Positions 36,367-46,205 are shown, counted from the stretch's first letter. The stretch is 64,000 nucleotides of DNA from Planctomycetota bacterium (GCA_965228735.1 OZ245838.1:6464001-6528000); one strand, 5' to 3'. Made by a program: numbers and translations. Notes: generated by a model from the letters alone, not told the origin.

Positions 36367-37541
36367 AGACCCCGATCCTGTTGTCCTGTTCGCTCGCGTT
36401 CGTGCTCGCCGGGTCCGGCGATCGCGAGGACGGTCTGGAGCACTACCGCGCCGGCCGTTACCCGGAGGCCGTCGCGGCGTTCCAGCGCGCGATCGCGGCC
36501 GACGAGGAGTCGGCCGAACTGCACTTCAACCTCGCGCTCGCCGCGTGGCGCGCCGGCGACCTCGCGACGGCCGAGGTCGCGGTCGAGAAGTACGCCGCGC
36601 TGTTCTCTGACCCGCGCGCGAGTCTGCACGCGGGGCTGCTCGGCGCCGTGCGGTTCGAGCAGGGCAAGCGGCTCGATGCCCAGGCCGACGCCGCGCTGCA
36701 GGCGCTGCAGCAGCCGGTGGACAACGAACGACAGCCGATGGACCCGCTGCAGCTCCTCGGCCAGGCGCTCGTGAAGGCGCAGCTGGCCAAGCGGCATTTC
36801 GTTCGTGGCGCGACCGAGGAGCGTTCGCCCGAGTGCGTGCGCAACCTCGAGCGCACGCTGCGGTTCATCCAGGAGCTCGAGGACAAGATCGAGCAGCTGA
36901 AGCAGCAGCAGCAGGACAGCGGCGAGGACGGCGAGCAGCAGGAGAAGCAGGACGACGAGTCCGAGAAGCAGGACGAGCAGGGCGACGAGCAGAAGGAGAA
37001 GCAGGAGCAGGGCGAGAAGGGTGAGCAGGAGCAGGGCGAGCCGAAGCCCGATGAGTCTCAGCAGGAGCCCGGCGAGCAGTCCAAGGAACCGCAGCAGTCC
37101 GAGGAGTCGCAGCAGAACCAGAACCAGCAAGGTGAGACGCCGCCCGAGCAGGAGGGCGAGGCCGAGCAGCCGCCAGAACCGCAACGAGCAGAGCCCCAGC
37201 AGGGGGAGCCGCAGGAAGGCAAGCCGGAGGAGCCCGAAGGCCAGAACCCGCAGCAGCAACCGGACCCGCAGGAGACGCCCGAGGGTTCGCCGAGCGGCGA
37301 GCCGGAGGAGTCGAAGGAGCCAGAGCAGGCCGAGCCGCAGCCGAGCCCCGCGGAGCCGGACGGCTCGGAGCAGCCGGCCGAGGGGCGGAGCGACGCGCCC
37401 GGTGAGGGCGTGGCGGGCCGCGCGTTGACGCCCGAGCAGACCCAGCGGTTGCGCGACAAGCTGCAGCAGCTCGAACAGCAGCTGCAGCAGTTGCGGCAGC
37501 GCAGCCGGTCGCGGCGCGGGCGCGTGGAGCGCGACTGGTGA
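36363..37541 (+). CDS. BatC-like TPR protein with Gln/Glu-rich linker
   Basis: YRAGRYPEAVAAFQRA, FNLALA, RNLE; long Q/E/P low-complexity tract; C-terminal ERDW. Confidence 0.82.
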   Translation: MKTPILLSCSLAFVLAGSGDREDGLEHYRAGRYPEAVAAFQRAIAADEESAELHFNLALAAWRAGDLATAEVAVEKYAALFSDPRASLHAGLLGAVRFEQGKRLDAQADAALQALQQPVDNERQPMDPLQLLGQALVKAQLAKRHFVRGATEERSPECVRNLERTLRFIQELEDKIEQLKQQQQDSGEDGEQQEKQDDESEKQDEQGDEQKEKQEQGEKGEQEQGEPKPDESQQEPGEQSKEPQQSEESQQNQNQQGETPPEQEGEAEQPPEPQRAEPQQGEPQEGKPEEPEGQNPQQQPDPQETPEGSPSGEPEESKEPEQAEPQPSPAEPDGSEQPAEGRSDAPGEGVAGRALTPEQTQRLRDKLQQLEQQLQQLRQRSRSRRGRVERDW

Positions 37542-40108
37542 CGGCGCGGAGACGAATCGCGGCGTTCGTCGCGCTGACCCTGGCCGTCGCCTTGCCGGCG
37601 CAGGAGACCCTCGAGCTGCAGGGGCCGACCCCGGCGACGGTCAAACTCGGCGACAGCGCGCAGGTGCTGATCCGCGTCGAAGGGCGCGGCGCCGATCCGC
37701 GCGAGCCCGTGCTGCCGAACGTGCCCGAGCTGGCGATGGACCTGTCCGCGCCCGTGCGCAGCAGCTACTCGTACTACGACGGCCGCACGATGATCGAGCG
37801 GCAGGGCGTGCAGTACCGTCTGCGCCTGACGCCGCAACGCGAAGGCAAGTTCGTCGTTCCGGCGTTCGCGATCTGGACCGGCACGAAGTCGCAGCGCACG
37901 CGGCCGATCGAGCTCACCGCGGTCAAGGACCTGCGCGGGGAGAACCTCGGCTGGGTCGACGTCCGCATCGAGCCGCAGCGGGTCTACGTGCACGAGCCGA
38001 TCCGCATCGAGGCCGCGTTCGGTCTCGATCCCGGCGTCCGCCTCGTGCAGGACGTCTACCGCAACGTGCGCTACCTCGACGTCGAGGTCCAGGCGGCGTG
38101 GCTCACGGACTTCCCGGGCGGCGAACGCATCGAGACCGAGGCGCCGAGCGGCGACCGGCGCGCGATCATCAGCAACCGCGAGCTGTTCCACGCGAGCTTC
38201 GATCCGGGCTTCCGTCGCGACGGCCGCAACTGGCACCGCTACTCGTTCGAGCGCGCGTTCCTGCCGACGCGCACGGGCGTGATCGAGCTGCCCGCACCGA
38301 CCCTGCGCTTCCAGGTCGTGCGCCGCGCCGGGCGCCGGGACATCCTCGGCCGGTCGCGCGGCGCGCAGACCGAGCAGATGTACGTCTACGGTCAGCCGGT
38401 GCGCATCGAGGTGCTGCCGATCCCCGAGGCGGGGCGGCCGACGCCGTACTACGGCGCGGTGGGGCGGTTCTCGATCACGGCCGAACTCGATCGCAATCAG
38501 GTCAAGGTCGGCAGCTCGGTCAAGCTGCAGATCACCGTGCGCGGCGCGGGCAACCTCGAGTTCCTGCGCATGCCCGAGGTCGAGGAGCTGCCGGGCTTCC
38601 ACAAGCTCGGCCAGGCCGAGGCGCAGCGCGATGCCGACAAGGTCGTCGTCACCTACGATCTCACGCCGACGTCCGCGGACGTCACGGCCGTGCCGCCGAT
38701 CGCGTGGAACTACTTCGACACGACCCCGGGCGTCGAGGCGTTCGTCGAGGTCGCCACGCCGGAGCTCGCGCTCGACGTGCAGCCGCTGCCCGAGGGCGAG
38801 ACCCTCACGGCGCTGCCCGAGGACGTCGCGGCTCCCGTCACGCCTGGCGTCGACGACATCTTCGACCTGCCCGACCTGAGCGGGCCGCCGGCGCTCGCGG
38901 ATGCGCGCGCGCCATGGCTCGGATGGCTCGCGGCGCTCGGCCCGTGGCTCGCCGTGCTGCTCGGCCTCGGGTTCGCCTCGGCGTTGCGGCGCCGGCGCGC
39001 GGACGTCACCGGGCAGCGCGAACGCGCGGCGCTGCGCAACTGCCGCCAGGCGCTGCAGTCCGGCGCGGATCCGGGCGACGCGCTCGCGGGGTATCTCGGT
39101 GACCGGCTCGACGTGCCGGCCGCGGCCGTCGTGCGGCCGTCGTTGCGCGACGATCTGGTGCGCACCGGTCTCGACTCCGCGCTCGCCGAGGAAGTGAGTG
39201 TGGCGATCGAGAGATCGACCGCCGCGCGCTACGGCGGTGGCGGCGGCCTGCAGCAAAGCGAGGTCGAGGCGCTCGTCGCGAGGCTCGAGAACGCGACGAT
39301 CGAACGTTCGCAGTGGGCGGGTCTGATGCCGATCGTGTTCGTGCTCGCGACCGGGTTCGCGCCCGGTGGTGTGCTCGTCGCGCAGGAATCTGTCGTGCAG
39401 GGGGCTGGCTCGCTGGCGCCGGCCTCGCCGCCCTCGCCGGGGACGGCTGGCGCGACTGCCGGCGCGAGCGCGGCGGTCGCGGCCTACCGCGCGGGTGACT
39501 ATCAACGCGCGGACGAGCTATTTGCCGCGGCCTACGAGCGCACGGGGGACCGGCGACTGCTGCGCGCTCGCGGCAACGCGCTCTACCGGCTGCAGGATCT
39601 GCCGCGCGCGCTCTGGGCCTACAAGGCGGCGCGGCTCGGCGCGCCGCGCGATCCCGAACTGCTGCGCAACATCGCGCTCGTCGAGCAACAGCTCGAGGTG
39701 CAGGAAGCCGCGGGCGGTTTCGCCGCCGAACTCGATCGGCTGCGCGCGCGCCTGTCACCCGGCGAGCGCATCGCGCTGCTCGCGGGGTTCATGTTCGGCG
39801 CCGCGTTGTGTCTGGTGCTCGGCCGGCGCCGCATGGGCTGGCGCTGGGTCGGGGCCCTGTTGCTGCTGCCCGGCGCGTGGCTCGCGGCCGAGGTGCTGTG
39901 GTTCGATGCGGTGCGCGCGCCGCGGGCCGTCGCGCTGCAGGAGCTCGCGATCACGAGCGAGCCGCGGGCGGACCTCGAAGCGGTCGCGACGGCCCGGCCC
40001 GGCGTCACCGTCGAGGTGCTCGGCGGCACGAGCGGCCGTTTCGTGCGCGTCGCTGCCGGCGAACGGTCGGGATATGTGCCGCGCGAACTGATTGCCGTGA
40101 TCGACTGA
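37538..40108 (+). CDS. BatD-BatE fusion (beta-sandwich domains + TM + TPR + SH3-like)
   Basis: BatD GAVGRFSI...VRGAGNL...YFD; BatE AYRAGDY...GNALYR...AARLGAPRDP and SH3-like ...RSGYVP in one frame. Confidence 0.82.
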   Translation: MTARRRIAAFVALTLAVALPAQETLELQGPTPATVKLGDSAQVLIRVEGRGADPREPVLPNVPELAMDLSAPVRSSYSYYDGRTMIERQGVQYRLRLTPQREGKFVVPAFAIWTGTKSQRTRPIELTAVKDLRGENLGWVDVRIEPQRVYVHEPIRIEAAFGLDPGVRLVQDVYRNVRYLDVEVQAAWLTDFPGGERIETEAPSGDRRAIISNRELFHASFDPGFRRDGRNWHRYSFERAFLPTRTGVIELPAPTLRFQVVRRAGRRDILGRSRGAQTEQMYVYGQPVRIEVLPIPEAGRPTPYYGAVGRFSITAELDRNQVKVGSSVKLQITVRGAGNLEFLRMPEVEELPGFHKLGQAEAQRDADKVVVTYDLTPTSADVTAVPPIAWNYFDTTPGVEAFVEVATPELALDVQPLPEGETLTALPEDVAAPVTPGVDDIFDLPDLSGPPALADARAPWLGWLAALGPWLAVLLGLGFASALRRRRADVTGQRERAALRNCRQALQSGADPGDALAGYLGDRLDVPAAAVVRPSLRDDLVRTGLDSALAEEVSVAIERSTAARYGGGGGLQQSEVEALVARLENATIERSQWAGLMPIVFVLATGFAPGGVLVAQESVVQGAGSLAPASPPSPGTAGATAGASAAVAAYRAGDYQRADELFAAAYERTGDRRLLRARGNALYRLQDLPRALWAYKAARLGAPRDPELLRNIALVEQQLEVQEAAGGFAAELDRLRARLSPGERIALLAGFMFGAALCLVLGRRRMGWRWVGALLLLPGAWLAAEVLWFDAVRAPRAVALQELAITSEPRADLEAVATARPGVTVEVLGGTSGRFVRVAAGERSGYVPRELIAVID

Positions 40109-40145
40109 GCACGAGGGCGCAGCGTGCCGGTTACGTTCGTGGGCG

Positions 40146-42758
40146 ATGAGGATCGTCGCTCCGTTCGTCATGAGTGTCGCGCTGTGCGCGCAGGACGCGC
40201 CGCGCCCCGGCGTCGGGCTGCCGAATCGCTGGTACACCGAGGGCGGCAGCCCGAGTCGCTCCGGGGCGGTTGCCACAGTGCCGCTCGAGCTCGAGCCGGA
40301 GCGGGCATGGCAGTTCGATGCCGCTGGTCCGATCGTCGGCGAGCCGCGCGTGTGGGACGACTACGTCGTCATCGAGTGCAAGCTGGGGCAACGCAAGCGG
40401 CGGCTGCAGGCCGTCGATCTGGGCACCGGTACGGCCATCGCGCACAAGGACTTCTTCGCGCGTTCGGGGTTGCCGCCGCTCGCGCCGACGTTGTGGAACC
40501 GCCAGGTCATCGTCCGGGCCGGCGGCAAACTCAAGCGGCTGCGCGTCGACAGCGCGGCCATCACGGAGCAACGCGATTCCGAGGCGATCACCGGGCTCGG
40601 GCCGCCGCTGCGCGTCGGCAACGAGGTCTACGCGACGGCGGGCGGGCGCGTAATCCGTTTCGACGCCGTTCGCCTGCAGTCCGTCTGGCAGAGTGCGGGC
40701 GGTGGCTTCGCCGGGCCGGTGACGCTGTCGGAGGACCAGGTCTTCGCGATGGGCTTCGGCCAGTCGACGGCCTCGATCGTCGGGTTCGATCGCGAGCGGG
40801 GACAGCGACGGCAGAGCGTGAAGCTGCCCGTGCCGAACGTCGGCCGCGGCGGCCGGATCGTCGTCACCGACGACTTGCTGATCGCGCATGGGCTCGGCGC
40901 GATCCTGTTGCAGGGCGGTGACGCGGTCGATGCGTTGAGCTACCGGTTGCCGCTCAGCGGTGGCAAAGAACCCTCGGCGCTGTCGCACATCCCGAACGCG
41001 CCCGCGGTCGCCGACGGTCACTGGGTCGGCGGGTGCGGTTCGGTGAAGAAGCCGTACCTCGGGCGCGGGGTGGCCGGCGAGCAGCAGTTCAGCGTCCTCG
41101 CGACGCCCGACGCGCATCCCGAACTGCTCGGGGCACCCGTGACGATCGCGGGTTCGCTGGCCTACCTCGGGGGCGTTGCTGTCGACCTCGAGACGCTCGA
41201 AGTGCGGTGGCGGATCGACGTGCCGAAGGGGGCGCGCGCGATTCCGGCGCGCGACTCGCTGCTGTTCGTGACCGAAAGTCGCGTGCGCGCGTTCCGGCGC
41301 CAGGGCGCGGTCCTCGACGTCGACGTGCGCGCACGCGAACGGACGTGGGCCGGCGCGTTCGTGGCCGCGCAGCACGAAGCCCTGCAGGACATCGTCGCCG
41401 ATGCGATGATCGCGCGCGCGATCGATCTGCTGCCCGACCTGTTCGAGCGGTGTCGGGCGGCGGGCGTCGAGGAGAAGTGGGTGGCGCAGCGCGAGCGCAA
41501 GACCAAGGGGCTCGCGCGCGGGCGGCGGGGGGCGACCGAGAAGGAGGTCGCGGCGCTGACCGAGCGGCGGGATGGGGTGGCGACGGCCGCGGTCGCGAAG
41601 CTGTGGCGCAAGCTCGGCGTCGCGGACCTGGAGGGTGAGGAGCGCCTGCGCGCGCTGCGGTTCATTTGTGACATCGACAGCAGTTACCCGCCGTTCGCCA
41701 CGGCCGTTCGTGAGCTGCTGCCGAAGGAGCTGCGGCCTGCGGACGAGACCAGGGACTTCGACGCGGCCGAGTGGCTCGCGTTCCTCGAGAGCACGCGCTG
41801 GATCGACATCGACTTCCTCGCGGTGCCGACCAAGGAGCAGATCGGGACCGCGACGCCGGATCAGCGCAAGCTGCTCGAGCTGCGGGACCGCTGGCGCCAG
41901 GACCTCATCGGCGTGCAGAGCGGGCGGCTCCTCGTCTACACGCCGATCGCCGCACCCGGCAGTCTCGCGCGCTGCCTGTCGCTCGGCGAGCTCGTCTGCG
42001 ACACCCTCGAAGGCATGTTCGAGGATCGTCAGGTCGTGCGGGCCGACGCGCGGCGCATGCGCATCTTGCTCTTCCCGACGCAGGAGGAATACCAGGAACA
42101 GTCGCCGGGCGGCGGGCACCTGGCGTGGACCGCGGGGCACTACTCGCCCGAGGAGCAGCTGTCGCGGATGTACCTGCCCGACGATCGGCAGGCATTCGCG
42201 CGCGTGATGCCGGTGTTCGTGCACGAGCTCACGCACCAGTGGCTGCAGGATCGTTGCCCCGCGATCTCGTCGATGCGGTCGATGCGGCGCGATCCGCGCG
42301 TGCCGGGCTACTGGCTCGTCGAAGGGTTCGCGTCGTTCGTCGAGGAGTTCGTGTTCGACCTCGATCGCAGAACGCACGCGACGGACAGTCCGCGCGACAC
42401 CAACCTCGACATCCTCGCGCACGCCAGTGACCGGATGCTCGTGCCGTGGCGGACGCTCGTGCGCGCGTCACAGGTCGACTTTCATCGCATCTCGCCGAAG
42501 CCGAGCTTCCGGGTCAAGCTCGGCCATCGCCTCGGCGTGCAGCGGTCGCTGAGTCCGCGCAACATGTTCTACGCGCAGGCCGGCGGCCTGTGTCACTGGC
42601 TGTGGCATGCGGAGAACGGCGCGCACCGCGATGCGCTCATCGATCTCGTCATCGCCTACTACCACAACGAGCGCGACGCGGTCGACGTGACGGAGCGCAT
42701 CGATCGCGACGCGAAGGTGATCGGGGCGGCGGTCGTCGAGCACAGCAAGTGGCGCTGA
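40146..42758 (+). CDS. Secreted PQQ-like beta-propeller + HExxH (DUF1570/gluzincin-like) peptidase
   Basis: WYTEGGSPSRSG and Trp-docking repeats; AGHY, HELTHQ, WLVEGFA, FYAQA. Confidence 0.78.
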   Translation: MRIVAPFVMSVALCAQDAPRPGVGLPNRWYTEGGSPSRSGAVATVPLELEPERAWQFDAAGPIVGEPRVWDDYVVIECKLGQRKRRLQAVDLGTGTAIAHKDFFARSGLPPLAPTLWNRQVIVRAGGKLKRLRVDSAAITEQRDSEAITGLGPPLRVGNEVYATAGGRVIRFDAVRLQSVWQSAGGGFAGPVTLSEDQVFAMGFGQSTASIVGFDRERGQRRQSVKLPVPNVGRGGRIVVTDDLLIAHGLGAILLQGGDAVDALSYRLPLSGGKEPSALSHIPNAPAVADGHWVGGCGSVKKPYLGRGVAGEQQFSVLATPDAHPELLGAPVTIAGSLAYLGGVAVDLETLEVRWRIDVPKGARAIPARDSLLFVTESRVRAFRRQGAVLDVDVRARERTWAGAFVAAQHEALQDIVADAMIARAIDLLPDLFERCRAAGVEEKWVAQRERKTKGLARGRRGATEKEVAALTERRDGVATAAVAKLWRKLGVADLEGEERLRALRFICDIDSSYPPFATAVRELLPKELRPADETRDFDAAEWLAFLESTRWIDIDFLAVPTKEQIGTATPDQRKLLELRDRWRQDLIGVQSGRLLVYTPIAAPGSLARCLSLGELVCDTLEGMFEDRQVVRADARRMRILLFPTQEEYQEQSPGGGHLAWTAGHYSPEEQLSRMYLPDDRQAFARVMPVFVHELTHQWLQDRCPAISSMRSMRRDPRVPGYWLVEGFASFVEEFVFDLDRRTHATDSPRDTNLDILAHASDRMLVPWRTLVRASQVDFHRISPKPSFRVKLGHRLGVQRSLSPRNMFYAQAGGLCHWLWHAENGAHRDALIDLVIAYYHNERDAVDVTERIDRDAKVIGAAVVEHSKWR

Positions 42759-42785
42759 CGGCCGGGTCCGTTCGTGCGGCGGAGA

Positions 42786-42998
42786 TCAGCCGCCGAGCAT
42801 GCGGCGCGCGCGCAGACCGGTGAAGAGCAGCACCGCGCCGATCAGCAGGAACACGCTGGCAACCATCCAGCGCAGCAGTTCTTCGTTGAAGATGATCAGC
42901 AGGCCGAGCCCGATCGCGCCGCCGCCGAGCATCATGAGCAGGAACGGCAGGTTGGGCGGAACGGCCGGCATGCCGCCGCGATTGAGATTGATGTCCAT
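42786..42998 (-). CDS. Small two-TM membrane protein
   Basis: MDINLNRGG...FLLMMLGGGAIGLGLLIIF..LLRWMVASVFLLIGAVLLF. Confidence 0.7.
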   Translation of the reverse strand: MDINLNRGGMPAVPPNLPFLLMMLGGGAIGLGLLIIFNEELLRWMVASVFLLIGAVLLFTGLRARRMLGG

Positions 42999-43048
42999 GT
43001 CCAGAGCGGAGCATCGCGGCCCGCGCGAGCCGGATCCAGTCCGATCAC

Positions 43049-43145
43049 GCCCGTACGGAACCTGGTTCAAACCGGCAAAGCCGGGTGCCGCCGGCGAAGC
43101 CGGCGGCACCCGGCTTTGCCGGTTTGAACCAGGTTCCGTACGGGC
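43049..43145. repeat. Perfect 97-nt hairpin (47-bp arms, GAA loop); REPIN/PATE-like
   Basis: 43049-43095 is the exact reverse complement of 43099-43145. Confidence 0.9.
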
Positions 43146-43158
43146 TAAGACTGGCTGG

Positions 43159-44133
43159 ATGAGTTCCGCTGCTGCGCCGTCGGTCCGGGCCCCGAACGCT
43201 CTCGCTCTGCCGTTGGCGCTGGCGTTGACCGTGACCTTCACGGGCTGCGCGAGCACCGAGTCCAACATCATGGAGCTCGGGCGGCTCGACGAGGCGACGT
43301 TTCAGAAGCTCGTCGAGGCCAACAAGTTGTTCCAGCAGCAGGATCCGAGGTATCCGGCGCTGCGCGACGAGCTGCTCGAGGATCCGGTGTCGGCCGGTTG
43401 GCTGACGCGCAACTTCGTGCACTACGTGTTCTACGAGCGCGAGATCCTCGGGCTGCACGACGACGCTGACCTGCTGCGCGCGGCGGCCAGGATCGACGAT
43501 CCGTTCGAGCGCTTCGCGATCGAGGAGATCCGCGTCATCGGTGGCCAGGCCGTGCCCGTGCTCGTGCAGGATCTGCTGCTGCACAAGCAGGCGCAGGTTC
43601 GGCAGGTCGGCATCGAGCTGCTCACGGTGGTGGGCGAGCCCGCGTTGCCGCGACTGCTCGAGGTCGCCGGGTCGTCCGAGCCGCGGCATCGGCGCACGGC
43701 CGCGCTCGCGCTGTCGGGCTTCGTGGAGCATCCGCCGGCGGTCGAGGCCCTGACGCGACTCGTCCACGACAGGGACTTCGCGGTGCGCGCCGACGCCGTG
43801 CGCGCGCTGCGCAACGCTGGGCCGAACGTCACGCCGCTGCTGCACGACGTGCTGCAGAACGATGATGATCACTTCGTCCGGCGGGTGGCGGTGGAGTCCC
43901 TCGCCGGTCATCCCAGCGGCAAGACCGCGCGGCTGCTGGCGGCGTATCTGGCGAAGTGCAAGGCCGGCGATGACTCCCGCGGGTATCAGGCGGCGCAGGA
44001 AACGCTCCAGGAACTCGCGGGCGCGCGCGGGCCGCGCACCGTCGAGGCGTGGCAACGCTGGGCCGAACGCCAGCCGCTCGATTCGTCGGCCGCCAACTCG
44101 ACGGACAACGGCGCTCGACCGCGGGGCTCGTAG
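43159..44133 (+). CDS. HEAT-repeat lipoprotein
   Basis: Lipobox FTG-C; repeats VRQVGIELL, HRRTAALAL, VRADAVRAL, VRRVAVESL. Confidence 0.82.
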   Translation: MSSAAAPSVRAPNALALPLALALTVTFTGCASTESNIMELGRLDEATFQKLVEANKLFQQQDPRYPALRDELLEDPVSAGWLTRNFVHYVFYEREILGLHDDADLLRAAARIDDPFERFAIEEIRVIGGQAVPVLVQDLLLHKQAQVRQVGIELLTVVGEPALPRLLEVAGSSEPRHRRTAALALSGFVEHPPAVEALTRLVHDRDFAVRADAVRALRNAGPNVTPLLHDVLQNDDDHFVRRVAVESLAGHPSGKTARLLAAYLAKCKAGDDSRGYQAAQETLQELAGARGPRTVEAWQRWAERQPLDSSAANSTDNGARPRGS

Positions 44134-44168
44134 CGGCCACGATACCCGCGCTCACCACGACCCACATC

Positions 44169-44768
44169 ATGGCCGAAGACTGGAAGATCCGCGTCGACCG
44201 CACCCGCTGCGACAAGCCGGGGTGCCCGTTGCCGACGAGCAGCTCGTACATGGCGGTGCTCGAATTCCCCGAGTGCGTGCGGCGCGACCTGTGCGACGCC
44301 TGCTTCACGGACTACGAGCGCAAGGCCGAGGACGGCAAGGCGCCGGTCTACTGGCGGGCCCGCCGCAAGCAGTCCGGCAGCAAGGAGCCGGTGCTCGACC
44401 TCGTGTCGCTGCGCGCGCTGTTCGATCGCCTGGCCGAGGTCGAGGACGACAAGGCGCGCGCGCTGCGCTACTTCTGCGCCCTGCTCCTGATCAGGAAGCG
44501 TGTGCTCCGCATGGAGCGTCCGCGCACGACCGAGCAGGAACGCGCCGATCTCGTCGTCGTCGACCCCAAGATCAAGAAGGAGGAGCGCGAGCCCATGTTG
44601 CTCTTCGCGCCCGAGATCGATCCCGACGACCTCGATGGCCTCAAGGACGAGCTGCTCGCCGCGATCGGCGAGGGCGATGAGGGCGCGGAGGGTGACGCAG
44701 CGGTCGCCGACGGCGAGCCTGCCAATGCCGAAACGCGCGTGCCTGCGCCCGACGCGTCGGCCGATTGA
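44169..44768 (+). CDS. Hypothetical Cys-motif (putative Zn-binding) protein
   Basis: RCDKPGC...RRDLCDAC...YWR...ALLLIRKRVL; good GC3 bias. Confidence 0.72.
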   Translation: MAEDWKIRVDRTRCDKPGCPLPTSSSYMAVLEFPECVRRDLCDACFTDYERKAEDGKAPVYWRARRKQSGSKEPVLDLVSLRALFDRLAEVEDDKARALRYFCALLLIRKRVLRMERPRTTEQERADLVVVDPKIKKEEREPMLLFAPEIDPDDLDGLKDELLAAIGEGDEGAEGDAAVADGEPANAETRVPAPDASAD

Positions 44769-44777
44769 CGGCGCGCC

Positions 44778-45350
44778 TCAGCCGGCGCTCGGATCGGGGC
44801 GGGCCACGTCGTACCGCAGGCGGATGATGCCGCAGCCGTAGGTGTGCGTGTCCGTCAGGCGGAGCGCCGTCTGTGGACCGGTCGGACCGATCATTGGGAT
44901 GCCGGAGCCGAAGACGACCGGGTTGAGCTTGACGACGACCTGGTCGACCAGGGCGTCGTGCATCAGGATCGCGGCGATCTCCGCGCCCCCGCACAGCCAG
45001 ACCGGCTTGCTCGCGGTCGCCTTCAGCTCTCGAACGAACGCGGCCGGGTCCTGCCGCACGATCTCGACCGCCGGATCGGGACTCTCCGCCATCGAGCGTG
45101 AGAAGACGACCTGGCGCATCGCGGGGTATGGGCTGGTCTTGCCCTCCGCGAGGCCGACGTCGTAGGTCTTGCGGCCCATGAGGACGGTGCCGAACCGTTC
45201 GAGTTCGGCGAAGAAGTCGGCGACGACTTCATCGTCCCAGGCGAACCCCCCGAACGAGCCGTCCGGGTGGGCGATGAAACCATCGAGGGTGGCCGCAACG
45301 TGGTAGACCAGCGGTTGCGTCGAATCGCCGGTCGCGGCGTCCGCGCTCAT
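44778..45350 (-). CDS. Dihydrofolate reductase / RibD C-terminal family protein
   Basis: AATLDGFIA, LMGRKTY, WLCGGA, LNPVVFGSG. Confidence 0.9.
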   Translation of the reverse strand: MSADAATGDSTQPLVYHVAATLDGFIAHPDGSFGGFAWDDEVVADFFAELERFGTVLMGRKTYDVGLAEGKTSPYPAMRQVVFSRSMAESPDPAVEIVRQDPAAFVRELKATASKPVWLCGGAEIAAILMHDALVDQVVVKLNPVVFGSGIPMIGPTGPQTALRLTDTHTYGCGIIRLRYDVARPDPSAG

Positions 45351-45952
45351 CGCCAGGTGACGTCCCAGACGAGTTCTTCGCCTTCCTTGATCGCTTCGCG
45401 TGCGGGGACGAGCAGGTAGGCGCGCTTGCGCTCGCGGTCGGCCTCGATGCCGCGGCCCGGTGGGTGGACGCTCGAGGCGACGACCTCGCCCGGCAGCTCG
45501 AGCTCGAGCCGGATCGTGTCGCCGACCTCGCGCGTGCGTCCGGTCGGATCGTAAACGGGAGCGAGTGAGCGGCGCTGCGGGGCGTCCGGGACGAGCGCCT
45601 GGACCCATTGCTGGGCGGCGCCGCGCGGCACGTAGACCCGCACGCTCGGCTGCTCGCCGTCGAGGGTCGCGGCGAACCTGAGGCCGGTCGGCCCGCCGAT
45701 CTTGACGTCCGACAGCCGGGCGAACCGACCCTGCGACGCGACGACGGCCGCGCGCGCCTGCCAGTCGACGGTGCCCCCGGCCGCGGCCTCGACCCGGGCC
45801 GGATCCGGCACGGTCAGCGCGCGGGTCGTGATCGTGCCCGCGCCGTCCTCGGCGAGCGTGACGTGCACGCCGACGAGCTGGTCGCCGGAGCAGGCCGTGA
45901 GCGCGGCCAGGGACAGGAGCAGAGCGGTCGGGCGCAGGAAGGTCATGGCCAT
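45347..45952 (-). CDS. Hypothetical lipoprotein
   Basis: Lipobox LTA-C; beta-rich; ATGA-coupled to the DHFR-like gene. Confidence 0.72.
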   Translation of the reverse strand: MAMTFLRPTALLLSLAALTACSGDQLVGVHVTLAEDGAGTITTRALTVPDPARVEAAAGGTVDWQARAAVVASQGRFARLSDVKIGGPTGLRFAATLDGEQPSVRVYVPRGAAQQWVQALVPDAPQRRSLAPVYDPTGRTREVGDTIRLELELPGEVVASSVHPPGRGIEADRERKRAYLLVPAREAIKEGEELVWDVTWR

Positions 45953-46103
45953 GATTTGCGATTGCGGGTCCTAACCGATGGGCGGCTGGCCGAAAACGGC
46001 GAGCTGCGCGAAAAAAACCGGGTCTCGAGCCGGCACAGGTGCTTGTGGGGTGCGATCACACCGGACCCCACCCTTGGCCCTGATGTGCAAAACTCACGGG
46101 TCC

Positions 46104-46168
46104 GTGGGGGTCGGGGGTGGTGTTGAGTGGTTTGCTAGGGTTGACAGGGGTTCTGCGTGGGGTAGGCT
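46104..46168 (+). promoter_or_regulatory. dcw/mra promoter with GTGG repeats (putative MraZ boxes)
   Basis: TTGACA (46141) -16 nt- TAGGCT (46163); GTGG at 46104, 46117, 46127 and 46157. Confidence 0.65.
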
Positions 46169-46205
46169 CCGAAGCGTGACAGGGAGGCAGTCCCTCCTCG
46201 GCCCC

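Noticed and set aside
36898..37400. CAG/GAG-rich repetitive DNA as an array or mobile element
   Set aside because: It encodes the Gln/Glu-rich linker typical of BatC-like proteins.
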